Shown here: positions 1-9,093 of the stretch, piece by piece
How positions within the stretch are numbered: the first letter of the stretch is position 1
How the letters are laid out: every line of letters starts with the position of its first letter
NCBI RefSeq assembly: GCF_002075285.3
Contig: NZ_CP021983.2
Location: 510,001 to 542,000 of the forward strand
Source: Halomicronema hongdechloris C2206
GTDB lineage: Bacteria; Cyanobacteriota; Cyanobacteriia; Phormidesmidales; Phormidesmidaceae
Reading direction: 5' to 3'
Length of the DNA: 32,000 nucleotides
The notes under the pieces: model-generated
Seen by the model: only the letters and a program-made list of their open reading frames with translations
What the model was told of the DNA's origin: nothing
Database searches by the model: none
Program-made: the position numbers and the translations under genes

Positions 1-1
1 C

Positions 2-202
2 AAGGAGTTTTGGGGAGCTTGGCGATTGCACCCACTCTCTCAAGCGGACGGGACGGGGACTCGCCTCGACTATGAGTTGATGGTGTTGCCTTTAGCAACG
101 ATGCCCATACCCCTGATTGAGCAGCATCTCTGTCGCAATTTACGGCAAAATTTGCTGGCCATTTGCGATCGCACCCTTGTCTGCTTTGATCCACCATCCT
201 AG
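2..202 (+). CDS. C-terminal end (66 aa) of an unidentified ORF entering from upstream of the window
   Basis: Frame 2 is open from the window edge to TAG at 200-202 (...RLDYELMVLPLATMPIPLIEQHLCRNLRQNLLAICDRTLVCFDPPS*). It is absent from the ORF track because it has no in-window start. No family recognised. Confidence 0.25.
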   Translation, partial: KEFWGAWRLHPLSQADGTGTRLDYELMVLPLATMPIPLIEQHLCRNLRQNLLAICDRTLVCFDPPS

Positions 203-223
203 TAGTCTGGGACTGCCACTGAT

Positions 224-568
224 TCACTCATCCACTCCCTCAGGAAAGACCCAAATGGTCTCGGTGGCTAGGGTTTGGGCGAAGCGGGATTGGCTTTGCT
301 GCAAGTGTTGCCATTCGGCTTGGGTGTAGACGATGGCTTCGGTGGGTACCGGGAGGTGGTGGAGGTTCCAGCGATGCGATCGCATATAGGGCGGCGCATC
401 GCTGTGGTCGACGATGATCACTAGATCCAGGTCACTGCCTACCCCAGCCTCATTTCGAGCATAAGAACCAAAGTAACCCACCGCCTGGAGCGACGTCGGT
501 GGTTGGGTGATCTGGCCAACCCACCGGCGCAGGGCGGCCTCTACCTGATCACGATTAGGCCAGCCCAT
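224..568 (-). CDS. Minimal nucleotidyltransferase (MNT-type, pol-beta superfamily), putative antitoxin partner of the adjacent HEPN protein
   Basis: NTase signature GSYARNEAGVGSDLDLVIIV (G-S ... D-x-D). I chose the internal start MGWPNRDQ at 568 rather than 715, which gives a 14-nt overlap with the HEPN stop (555). The upstream part of the 163-aa track ORF overlaps the HEPN coding region out of frame. Confidence 0.75.
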   Translation of the reverse strand: MGWPNRDQVEAALRRWVGQITQPPTSLQAVGYFGSYARNEAGVGSDLDLVIIVDHSDAPPYMRSHRWNLHHLPVPTEAIVYTQAEWQHLQQSQSRFAQTLATETIWVFPEGVDE

Positions 569-944
569 CACGGACGAATTCAAGGATCGCACCGGCATAA
601 CGCAACGCCTCTCGACTCTGCAGCGGACCATAGTGCTCGAAGGGAGATCCTTCGGCATGACTATCGGGATAGCGAGTGGGGATATAAAAATTGTCCAGGA
701 CCTTGGCTTGCTCAATTAACAGCGGCGGCACCAAATGATTATTGGGCAACTCAGCTAAAAGCCGCGCCACTAAATGTCCCCACGCCTGTTGCCCCTGATG
801 TAAGTGTAGGGCTTTGACGGCCTTTTCCGCCGCTTGATGAGCCGCAAAACAGGCCCATTCATAACGTCCTGCCTGCTCGGACGCTTCTGCTTGAGACAAA
901 TCCCGCTGGGCCTGGCGAAACCAATCTAAGGCTCGATTGGGCAT
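555..944 (-). CDS. HEPN domain protein (putative RNase toxin of a HEPN/MNT module)
   Basis: 129 aa and helical. N-terminal WFRQAQRDLSQAE ... AAHQAAEKAVKAL is typical of classical HEPN, and the R-x4-H motif is present in TRYPDSH. Overlaps the downstream NTase gene. Confidence 0.8.
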   Translation of the reverse strand: MPNRALDWFRQAQRDLSQAEASEQAGRYEWACFAAHQAAEKAVKALHLHQGQQAWGHLVARLLAELPNNHLVPPLLIEQAKVLDNFYIPTRYPDSHAEGSPFEHYGPLQSREALRYAGAILEFVRDGLA

Positions 945-945
945 A

Positions 946-1190
946 CTAGCTCACCTCTCCGATGTCATGACCGGGCCGTTTCAGGTCTGACTCCATTAAG
1001 CGAATCACTTGCTCCGCTTGCCCGCGGGCCGTTTGGGCATCGGCGGCCGTCGAGGCTAGCCCTAACCCAGGGTACCGTGCTATCGATGTCGCTGTGGGGG
1101 CCAGGATCCCCTCTGGTGTGGCAGCCAAACAGAATGACTCAGCGGTTGGAATTGCTCCACAATGCGCTCCAGCATCGGCTGGATCAGGGC
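946..1190 (-). pseudogene. Degraded second nucleotidyltransferase (MNT-like) gene immediately upstream of the HEPN gene
   Basis: The minus strand reads ALIQPMLERIVEQFQPLS in one frame, then VILFGCHTRGDPGPHSDID (NTase G[S/C]-x10-DxD signature, plus coordinates about 1082-1129) in a second frame. The 60-aa track ORF (946-1128) is in a third frame and ends 1 nt before the HEPN ATG. At least one frameshift lies near 1139-1142. Confidence 0.4.
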
Positions 1191-1204
1191 ATTAGCAGGT
1201 GGAG

Positions 1205-1253
1205 CGGAGGGCGGAGGACGGAGGGCGGAGAACGGAGGACGGAGGGCGGAGGA
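1205..1253. repeat. Heptanucleotide tandem repeat CGGAGGR x7 (STRR-like)
   Basis: Direct reading: CGGAGGG CGGAGGA CGGAGGG CGGAGAA CGGAGGA CGGAGGG CGGAGGA. It lies inside a roughly 140-nt, almost pure-purine tract (about 1196-1335). Confidence 0.9.
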
Positions 1254-1300
1254 ATGTGGGGTGTAGGCGGAGCCTGCCCGGAGGGCTTAGGGGTGATGGG

Positions 1301-1328
1301 GAAAGAGGGAAGAGGGAAGAGGCAAGGA
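1301..1328. repeat. Second heptamer repeat (GAAAGAG GGAAGAG GGAAGAG GCAAGGA)
   Basis: Direct reading; same purine-rich tract as the CGGAGGR repeat. Confidence 0.75.
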
Positions 1329-1438
1329 CAACAGGTAGCGTGGGTCGTTTTACTGAAGCGAGGGAGGTCATGACTGGCCAGGGAAGGATCCACGGAAAAT
1401 GGGTGGAGGGGTGGACGAGTAGGTGGGTGGATGATTAA

Positions 1439-1655
1439 GAAGGAGCGCTCAAGGGGATTCCTGACCTTCAGAGGATTCATGCATGTATTGCCACCATGGT
1501 CGCAGCGGCCCTGTTTAATGAACGGGGAAGGGGCTGCCGTTGACACCATCTATGGAGCCGTCACCACAGGAGCCGACTGGAAGTTCTTACAGCTGGCCGG
1601 GCACAGCGTCTATATCGACCGCAGTGACTATTACATTCAGGGGGTCGATCATATA
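1439..1655 (+). pseudogene. Frameshifted 3' relic of a PD-(D/E)XK / type-I-restriction-R-N-terminal-domain-like (HSDR_N-like) cyanobacterial gene
   Basis: Frame A (1439-1543) reads EGALKGIPDLQRIHACIATMVAAALFNERGRGCR*. Frame B continues AAVDTIYGAVTTGADWKFLQLAGHSVYIDRSDYYIQGVDHI. Together they match my recollection of the QCIAxMVAAxxFN ... IYGxVTTGxxWxFLxL family pattern. The N-terminal half is absent, and the 3' end runs into an 8-bp inverted repeat (ATTCCGGG 1667-1674 / CCCGGAAT 1689-1696). Confidence 0.4.
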
Positions 1656-1886
1656 AGATTCCCGTCATTCCGGGCAAGCGCAGCACCACCCGGAATCCAG
1701 GCCGTGCGAGCCTATTTGGTTGCTTCCACCTTGACGCTTTTCCCAACCGCGTCAGTCCTGAAATTCCATAGTTAGGGGGATGCACAATCAGGCGGAATGG
1801 GAGAGCCTATCTTCGAGGCAACCCGTGCAATGATCAATGATCATTGTTAACGCCCCTCGCGGCTTTTCTATCAGGTGAGTTAAACA

Positions 1887-3116
1887 ATGGAAGCCACCGA
1901 ACTACCCAATATTTTCGTCATCGGTATCTTCTTAATGTTTGGCGGTAGTGCCTATGCCCTGGCTCGCTACCTGAAGTTGCCCCGCGTGACACTACTCGTC
2001 CTGTCTGGATTGGTAGTGGGGCCATCGGTGCTGGATCTGGTACCCGACCAGATCGTGGAGCTATTTCCAACTGTGGCCTACATTGCCCTGTCCATGATTG
2101 CATTTCGCCTCGGCGAAACCTTCATTGACTTTGACCTGCTGAGACAGGGTCCTGCCACACTGGCTGTTTCATTGGGGAAGACCATCGTAGCGGCGGCGTT
2201 TGTGTTCGCTGCCGCCTTTTGGGTCACCCAGAACATGGTGCTATCGCTGCTGCTGGCGGGACTCGCCCCAGCCTCGGCCCCGGCTGCCACCCTAGATGTG
2301 ATCAGTGAAACCCAAGCCAAAGGGCCACTCACGAATGCGATCGTCAGCGTACTCGCCTTGGATAACATTCTGGGGGTCACCCTGTTCAGCATTGTGCTGG
2401 TGACCACAGAAACCATCGTTGGCAAAGGTGAACCGACCCGGGAAATTCTGTCGGGGGTGTGGGACATTGGCGGTGCCTTTTTACTAGGTATGGCGATCGG
2501 TTGGCCTATGGCCCGTCTGGCAGGACGCTTAAAAGCCGGAAAGCCAAGCCTACTGGAAATCACAGGTTTTGTACTGCTCTGTGCTGGCCTCGCCTATGAA
2601 CTCCAGGTTTCTTACCTGTTGGCCTGTATTGTGCTAGGGGCAACGGTCGCCAAGAACCGCGCCCAGCCCAAGAAGAATATTTTTCTGACGCTGGAAGACG
2701 TCAGCGAACCGTTTCTGGTGATTTTTTTCCTACTGGCGGGCTGTGAGCTGAATCTATCCGCCCTGCAGACGCTCGGCATCATTGGCATTGCCTACGTAGT
2801 GGCTCGTTGTTTGGGCTTTGTGGTTGGCGGTGGCGTGGCTTCATGGCTCGTGAAGATGGAGCCGATAGTGCGCAACAATATTGGCTGGTGCCTGTTTCCA
2901 CAGGCGGGGGTCGCCCTAGGTCTGGCAGTGAGCACTTTGGACATTTTTCCAGAGCCAGGGAAATTTTTGGTCACTATCATCGTGAGTACGACGGTTGTCT
3001 TTGAGTTGTTTGGCCCCAGTGTCACTCGCTGGCGACTCTTTAAGGCCAAGGAGGCGGCAGAGGCGGCAGAGGCCGGTGACTTGGAGAATGTCCCCTTCGT
3101 GCAAAAGAGTAAGTGA
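1887..3116 (+). CDS. Cation:proton antiporter (Na+/H+ exchanger / CPA family membrane protein)
   Basis: 409 aa, polytopic and hydrophobic. The N-terminus ...ARYLKLPRVTLLVLSGLVVGPSVLDLV... and the glycine-rich TM pattern are typical of the Na_H_Exchanger fold. ATG start. Confidence 0.8.
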   Translation: MEATELPNIFVIGIFLMFGGSAYALARYLKLPRVTLLVLSGLVVGPSVLDLVPDQIVELFPTVAYIALSMIAFRLGETFIDFDLLRQGPATLAVSLGKTIVAAAFVFAAAFWVTQNMVLSLLLAGLAPASAPAATLDVISETQAKGPLTNAIVSVLALDNILGVTLFSIVLVTTETIVGKGEPTREILSGVWDIGGAFLLGMAIGWPMARLAGRLKAGKPSLLEITGFVLLCAGLAYELQVSYLLACIVLGATVAKNRAQPKKNIFLTLEDVSEPFLVIFFLLAGCELNLSALQTLGIIGIAYVVARCLGFVVGGGVASWLVKMEPIVRNNIGWCLFPQAGVALGLAVSTLDIFPEPGKFLVTIIVSTTVVFELFGPSVTRWRLFKAKEAAEAAEAGDLENVPFVQKSK

Positions 3117-3149
3117 GGGGGACGATAGCAATGGGAGATACCTCGAGCA

Positions 3150-3746
3150 ATGGCGATTAAGTTAACAACCGGACAGCGAATTTCTCTGCGCAAAGAAGCC
3201 CCGGGCCTCACCACGTTGTTACTGGGCTTGAGCTGGGATCTGTTGCAGGAGAAGGGGATTAAAAAGCTGTTCAAGTCTGATTTCGACTTAGACGCCGCGG
3301 TCCTCTGCCTAGATGAACAGGGCCGCCTCCGTAGCGGTAACGATGTGGTCTATTACGGTCATCTGAACCATCCCTCCGGTGCTATCACCCACCTAGGCGA
3401 CAACACCACTGGCGAAGGGGACGAAGACAACGAGCAGGTTCTGGTCAATCTACCGCAAGTCCCCGCCCATATTGCCAGAATTGTCTTTGTCTGCACGATT
3501 TACGAATGCTTTGCCCGACGTCAAAACTTCGGCCAAATGGGCGATGCCTACGTGCGTCTGGTGGACATGGAGCAGGAGCATGAAATTGCCAGCTACAGCC
3601 TATCCCATGATGATTATCGTGAACAAACCGCGATCGTACTGGCAGAAGTTTATCGCCAGGAAGGGCGCTGGCAGGTCGCGGTCCTGGGGAAAGGTATGCG
3701 GGTCGGCAGCCTGCAGGCGTTGGTGGAGCTATACACCACCCCCTAG
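3150..3746 (+). CDS. terD: TerD-family stress/tellurium-resistance protein (Ca2+-binding)
   Basis: MAIKLTTGQRISL..., DLDAAVLCLD, GDNTTGEGDEDNEQV (TerD Ca-binding GDN-TG-G-DDE motif), VFVCTIY, AYVRLVD. Lies 33 nt downstream of the antiporter on the same strand. Confidence 0.85.
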   Translation: MAIKLTTGQRISLRKEAPGLTTLLLGLSWDLLQEKGIKKLFKSDFDLDAAVLCLDEQGRLRSGNDVVYYGHLNHPSGAITHLGDNTTGEGDEDNEQVLVNLPQVPAHIARIVFVCTIYECFARRQNFGQMGDAYVRLVDMEQEHEIASYSLSHDDYREQTAIVLAEVYRQEGRWQVAVLGKGMRVGSLQALVELYTTP

Positions 3747-3851
3747 ACCTACCGGAGACGACGCTCGCTGATGCTGATATTACCAAAGAAGCAGACCTCA
3801 ACATCGGCATCGGCATCGCACCGCTCAATTTCTATCGGGAAAAGGCACGAA

Positions 3852-4064
3852 TCATACGGTTACAGTCTCAAACGAAAACTGCACATTTTCAGGATCAGAG
3901 ACACTATAGTTCAGCTTTTCAAAGCCAATTACCTTTCCAGCTTGGTCCTTCATCAAAATCACCTCATCCGCTGTTTCTTCACAGATGTATTCATCACTGG
4001 GTTCCCCAAACCACACCGTCAGCGTATTTCCTACTTTGTCGTGGTAAACCTTCACTGCCGCCAT
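3852..4064 (-). CDS. DUF2283-family small protein (putative antitoxin)
   Basis: 70 aa. KVYHDKVGNTLTVWFGEP...DEVILMKDQAGKVIGFEKLN fits the DUF2283 pattern (YDxExDxLxIxF ... D..G.VVGxEIL). Its ATG overlaps the extended reading frame of the upstream toxin-like gene (ATGGCGGCAGTGA). Confidence 0.7.
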   Translation of the reverse strand: MAAVKVYHDKVGNTLTVWFGEPSDEYICEETADEVILMKDQAGKVIGFEKLNYSVSDPENVQFSFETVTV

Positions 4065-4369
4065 AGTATTTCGCCTGCCTTAATTGCATCGGTTGGATAC
4101 GTCGTAATCAGAAACCCGTCGCCGTTGAGCCGTCATGTCACAGCACAAAACCACCGCTGAGTAACCTGCTCTCGATAAAAGAGATAAACATTGGCATCAC
4201 TCCGACTGCGACAAATTTCTTCTGGCTCTCTTAGCGTGTTTTGTACCTCTGCTTCCATACCAGCCATTGTGGGATGCTTAACCGTCACAATAAACTGCCA
4301 ATACGATCGGTTGACCTGAACGGAGAAGCCTAAGGGCGTATCTACCTCAAACAACACTTCGCTTGCCAA
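4052..4369 (-). pseudogene. Toxin-like small gene (DUF4258-like/BECR-like family by recollection) interrupted by an in-frame TGA at 4133-4135
   Basis: The track ORF (78 aa) ends ...QRWFCAVT*. The same frame continues RLNGDGFLITTYPTDAIKAGEILWRQ* to TGA at 4052-4054, a C-terminus I recognise as conserved in full-length homologs (..LNGxGFLITAYxTDxIKxG..W). Confidence 0.55.
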
Positions 4370-4671
4370 TGTTCGGTCGCTCCTTACTTATCTTCTGAGT
4401 TGCAGTGCCGCATAGGTCAGAAAGCATCGTGGCTTTCTCCAGAATGCTGCCTACTTGCCTTGGCAGCACCCGTCAGCAGTGGTTCCAGGCTGGGACCGTT
4501 AACTGGTGCGCTGCATCTCCAAAACGACCTGCTGTCTTCCTCTAGAGTCAGCCGACCAAACATATCCTGAAAGACGTTGGCGACCACTAGCGAACCCGAT
4601 ATAAGCTGACTGGCCAACACCATGCGTTGCCATCTATTCAAAAACCAATGCTCAGCAATCTCAGGTTGTGA

Positions 4672-5139
4672 TCATACAGTGATGTAAGACATCACCACAT
4701 CCTGGAGCTGCTCATGGTGGCGGCAGTGCTCGATCGCCTCTTCCACCGCCAGGGGAGTGCCGGTGACCATGACCATTTGGTCGGTGGTGGTTTGTCGGAT
4801 GGTTTCGACGCTGACGTTGTCGCCGTCACTGGTCAGTGCAGCGTCGAGGCTGAGCTTGGCCACGGCGATGGCCCGCAGCCGCTCATCATCGTAGGTGTAG
4901 GCGTCTACCTGGAAGATGCTGGACAATCGCTCTAGGGTGCGATGGAGCAGGGCTTGCTTTTTTTCGGTGGCGCGAAAGGTCAGGATCAAGCGGCCGTCTT
5001 CCGGGGTGGTGGGGGTAATGCCGCTGCCGAGGATGCCCTCCAGAGATACGCCCCGTTGGGAAAAGACGGCGGCGGCGGCGGTGAGGGTGCCGGGATGATC
5101 GAGGGCGCGCACTACAAATACCCAGCGTTGATTAGCCAC
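4672..5139 (-). CDS. ACT-domain regulatory protein (acetolactate-synthase-small-subunit-like fold)
   Basis: WVFVVRALDHPGTLTAAAAVFSQRGVSLEGI is a typical ACT beta-alpha-beta start. The GTG start overlaps the stop of the upstream dehydrogenase gene by 8 nt (CGTGGCTAA). Confidence 0.65.
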   Translation of the reverse strand: MANQRWVFVVRALDHPGTLTAAAAVFSQRGVSLEGILGSGITPTTPEDGRLILTFRATEKKQALLHRTLERLSSIFQVDAYTYDDERLRAIAVAKLSLDAALTSDGDNVSVETIRQTTTDQMVMVTGTPLAVEEAIEHCRHHEQLQDVVMSYITV

Positions 5140-6187
5140 GGTGTAAATCCTCCTGCAGTCGGTGGCTGAGTTGGTTGGCCATGCGATGGAGTAAATCGGC
5201 CTCTTCCGCCCATAGCTCTAATGGGACCACTTGGGTCCAGCCGAAGGGGGTGACTACGATGGGCACGCCAAAGGGAGTGCGCACGCCGTAAAATTCACCG
5301 TCCAGTTGCACCTGGCCCGAGACCACAATCTCGCGGCCCTGCAGCAGGTTTTGCACCAGATCCACGGTGACATTGGCGGTGGCGGTGATGGTTTTGGCCC
5401 CGGAGATATGGGTGACGAAGGGTTTCACTACCACCCGCAAATCAGGGGGCAGGCTATCTACATAGCGGTAGGCCTGGGGAATGTCGCCGGCTTTGAGATA
5501 GGCCAGTACGGCTTGCTTTTCTTGGGATACTTCTTTGGGAAAGTCGCTGACGATGCGATCGCGTTGCAGTCGCCGCCGCGCATCTCGCACTTCCTCCAGG
5601 GTCATGCCGTGCACCTGCACACTGCTCCACAGGGGCACCATGCCTTCTCCGTGTTCGCCCACGATAAAGCCCTGCACCAGTTGCCGCCGCACCCCCAAAT
5701 CGGCGGCAATTTCCCGGCGAAACCGCAGGGAATCGGAATAGGCTCCCACCCCGATCACCCGATGGCGTCCCAGTTGACGACTGAAGACCTCTACCGCCAA
5801 CTCCACGGGGTTGGTGACGATAATCACAATCTCGTGGCCGCCACCATAGCGGGCAATGGCCTGGGCATAGGTCTCAAACAGGGGTAAGTTGACGGCGGCC
5901 AGGTCGGCGCGAGAGGTGATCTCCCCCGCCACCGTCGCCCCCGCTGCCATCACAATCACGTCGGCCACGATAGCTTCTGGAGCCAGGGCCACATCCAACA
6001 TGGGGGCCATTTCGGCGTAGGCGTCGTTGAGATCGCTACACAGACCATAGAGAACCCGAGCGCTGCGGCCCTGAGGACGCCCCACCAGTTGCAGCCGCTC
6101 GGTGGGGGCGAGGGCGCCTAAGGCCACCAGCTGGGAGACAATCTCGCGACCACAGTCGCCACTGGCGCCAATGACTGAGACATCCAT
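5132..6187 (-). CDS. LDH/MDH-family 2-hydroxyacid dehydrogenase, divergent
   Basis: Rossmann VSVIGASGDCGREI. IVTNPVE (canonical TNPVD). DSLRFRREIA (Asp/Arg of the D-x-x-R substrate motif). VGEHGEGMVPLWS (catalytic His). Confidence 0.8.
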   Translation of the reverse strand: MDVSVIGASGDCGREIVSQLVALGALAPTERLQLVGRPQGRSARVLYGLCSDLNDAYAEMAPMLDVALAPEAIVADVIVMAAGATVAGEITSRADLAAVNLPLFETYAQAIARYGGGHEIVIIVTNPVELAVEVFSRQLGRHRVIGVGAYSDSLRFRREIAADLGVRRQLVQGFIVGEHGEGMVPLWSSVQVHGMTLEEVRDARRRLQRDRIVSDFPKEVSQEKQAVLAYLKAGDIPQAYRYVDSLPPDLRVVVKPFVTHISGAKTITATANVTVDLVQNLLQGREIVVSGQVQLDGEFYGVRTPFGVPIVVTPFGWTQVVPLELWAEEADLLHRMANQLSHRLQEDLHRG

Positions 6188-6467
6188 AGTCAGGACCTGG
6201 CTGGACAGCTCTAGTAAAACACGCCCGCCATACTCTTGCCGCGCCAGGGATTACCAAGACATTGGAGCCAGCCTTAGCTGCAGAAAACTACTCTACTGCG
6301 GGACGATACCCTGACTACTTCTCCATTGCCAGGGTTTAACTACCCCATTACCCGTTGGTTTGGGCCCCGTGGATTGCCCTGGCTGGCGAATCAATCGAGG
6401 CCTGGTACAGCAGCTCAAAATGGCTGCCATGCTACCGTGAAGACATGCCGTACGCAGGATCAGGCTT

Positions 6468-6791
6468 ATGGTTGCCCATCCCCAGGCATCCCCACTGGAC
6501 ATCATCGCCTACCCCGATAGCAACGAATTGATTGGCTCGCAACGGGCTAATGATGCACTGGTGGCGATTCCAGAGATTCAGGGATGGGTTAGCCCTCGTT
6601 TGGGGATTCGCTTCGACCTGACTGCCGACACCCTAGCGATCTATGGGCCCAATGGGGACCGGTTTCTGACGTCTGTGGAGCTAGCGCAGGCTCGCGATCA
6701 TGCCCAACAGCAAGTAGAAGCAGAGCGCCAACGCGCTGATCGCTTAGCTCAGCGTCTGCGGGCACTGGGCATCGACCCAGACCAGGTATAG
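6468..6791 (+). pseudogene. C-terminal fragment of a Uma2-family (DUF820) endonuclease-like gene
   Basis: ...GWVSPRLGIRFDLTADTLAIYGPNGDRFLTSVELAQARDHAQQQVEAERQRADRLAQRLRALGIDP resembles the C-terminal extension common in cyanobacterial Uma2 proteins. No nuclease core is found upstream in any frame (stop at 6438-6440 in this frame). Confidence 0.35.
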
Positions 6792-6905
6792 GCAAGCTGC
6801 CTACGACCCAATGCGTCGCTTTGGATAGGACGTCCTGGGCAAGGTTACGACTCTTAGCCGCGTGTCCGACAATGAGGGGCACTTCCCTGAGGACGCCTGT
6901 AAGGG

Positions 6906-6957
6906 CTCAGGGGCTAGGCGCCAGGTCATCGTACATGCTGACGCCTAGCGCTCTGAG
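6906..6957 (-). terminator. Long imperfect hairpin just downstream of chlN
   Basis: CTCAG-GCTAGGCG ... CGCCTAGC-CTGAG, with an inner GTCA/TGAC pairing, 22 nt after the chlN stop. No U-run follows, so it may be a stabiliser or processing hairpin rather than a canonical intrinsic terminator. Confidence 0.3.
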
Positions 6958-6979
6958 TGCCATTATCTAACCTAGGGCT

Positions 6980-8404
<1,425 letters not shown>

Positions 8405-8491
8405 TTATCGAGCGTCGATTCGATGCCGATGGCTCCCGTTGCTGGCAGCGGTGCACTGATCTTGGGCCGGCCTGAGAGGACCATCGCCCCC

Positions 8492-8848
8492 TCAAGACAT
8501 CTCAGGGGAATCGGGCAACAGGTGAGGATCATCGGCATTTTGAGCATCAAGGGTGGAGGGGGCACGGCCGTCGTCTAGGGCCATTTCTGGATCGAAGTTG
8601 AGACCTAATACCTCCACCAAGGCATCCTCATCGGAGTTGAGCTGGTAGAACGGCACCATCAGGTTAGACAACTTCGGTTCCAGGGCATTGACCACTCCTA
8701 GGATTAACAGCGACGAGGGCCGGCGTCCTCCCTCCGGGGTTCGCACCGAGGTCTGGTCCATCTGCAGGGCCAGCCAGGTGCGGTTGTTGCGGACGTAATC
8801 TAGCCACTTTTCGCGGATAACGGAGATAAAACTTTCGAAGAAGGCCAT
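8492..8848 (-). CDS. Small conserved cyanobacterial protein (DUF5331-like) between chlL and chlN
   Basis: 118 aa. MAFFESF...KWLDYVRNNRTWLALQM...TPEGGRRPSSLLILGVVNALEPKLSNLM matches my recollection of DUF5331 proteins. Same strand as chlL and chlN. Confidence 0.6.
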   Translation of the reverse strand: MAFFESFISVIREKWLDYVRNNRTWLALQMDQTSVRTPEGGRRPSSLLILGVVNALEPKLSNLMVPFYQLNSDEDALVEVLGLNFDPEMALDDGRAPSTLDAQNADDPHLLPDSPEMS

Positions 8849-9093
8849 AGTCTCGACTCATGAATAAATTGCTAGTTAACCCGTATCCCAGCTCAGACCT
8901 AGACATTTACCGGAGAAAAGCGCTAAGTCTAAATCTGGCCTGGGGATAGACGATCCGGGGACCGTCGTAAAGAGATGATACTCCAGCAATTTAATCTGTC
9001 GAGATCGCCCAGTCGATGTCTGTGCCGCGACTCTGGCGTGGTTGCCTCCTTAGCCGTTATCCTGACCATCATGGCTGGGCCAAGCTGGGCCCG

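Noticed and set aside
1184-1549. The 121-aa proline-rich ORF (and the overlapping plus-strand 79-98 aa Gly/Arg/Glu-rich ORFs) as genes.
   Set aside because: These are translation artefacts of the heptamer/polypurine tract and its complement. They have low-complexity composition, and several frames are open at once.
4133-4135. The in-frame TGA as a selenocysteine codon.
   Set aside because: I saw no SECIS-like hairpin immediately downstream. The family has no known redox role, and homologs (from memory) have K/R here. Nonsense mutation or leaky readthrough is more parsimonious.
4417-4641. A 74-aa ORF 30 nt downstream of the ACT gene (TTG start) as a third gene of the LDH-ACT unit.
   Set aside because: No recognisable family or convincing start/RBS, and the composition is unremarkable. 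It ends in a GAAAGC/GCTTTC hairpin, which could simply be the operon's 3' structure. Left uncalled.
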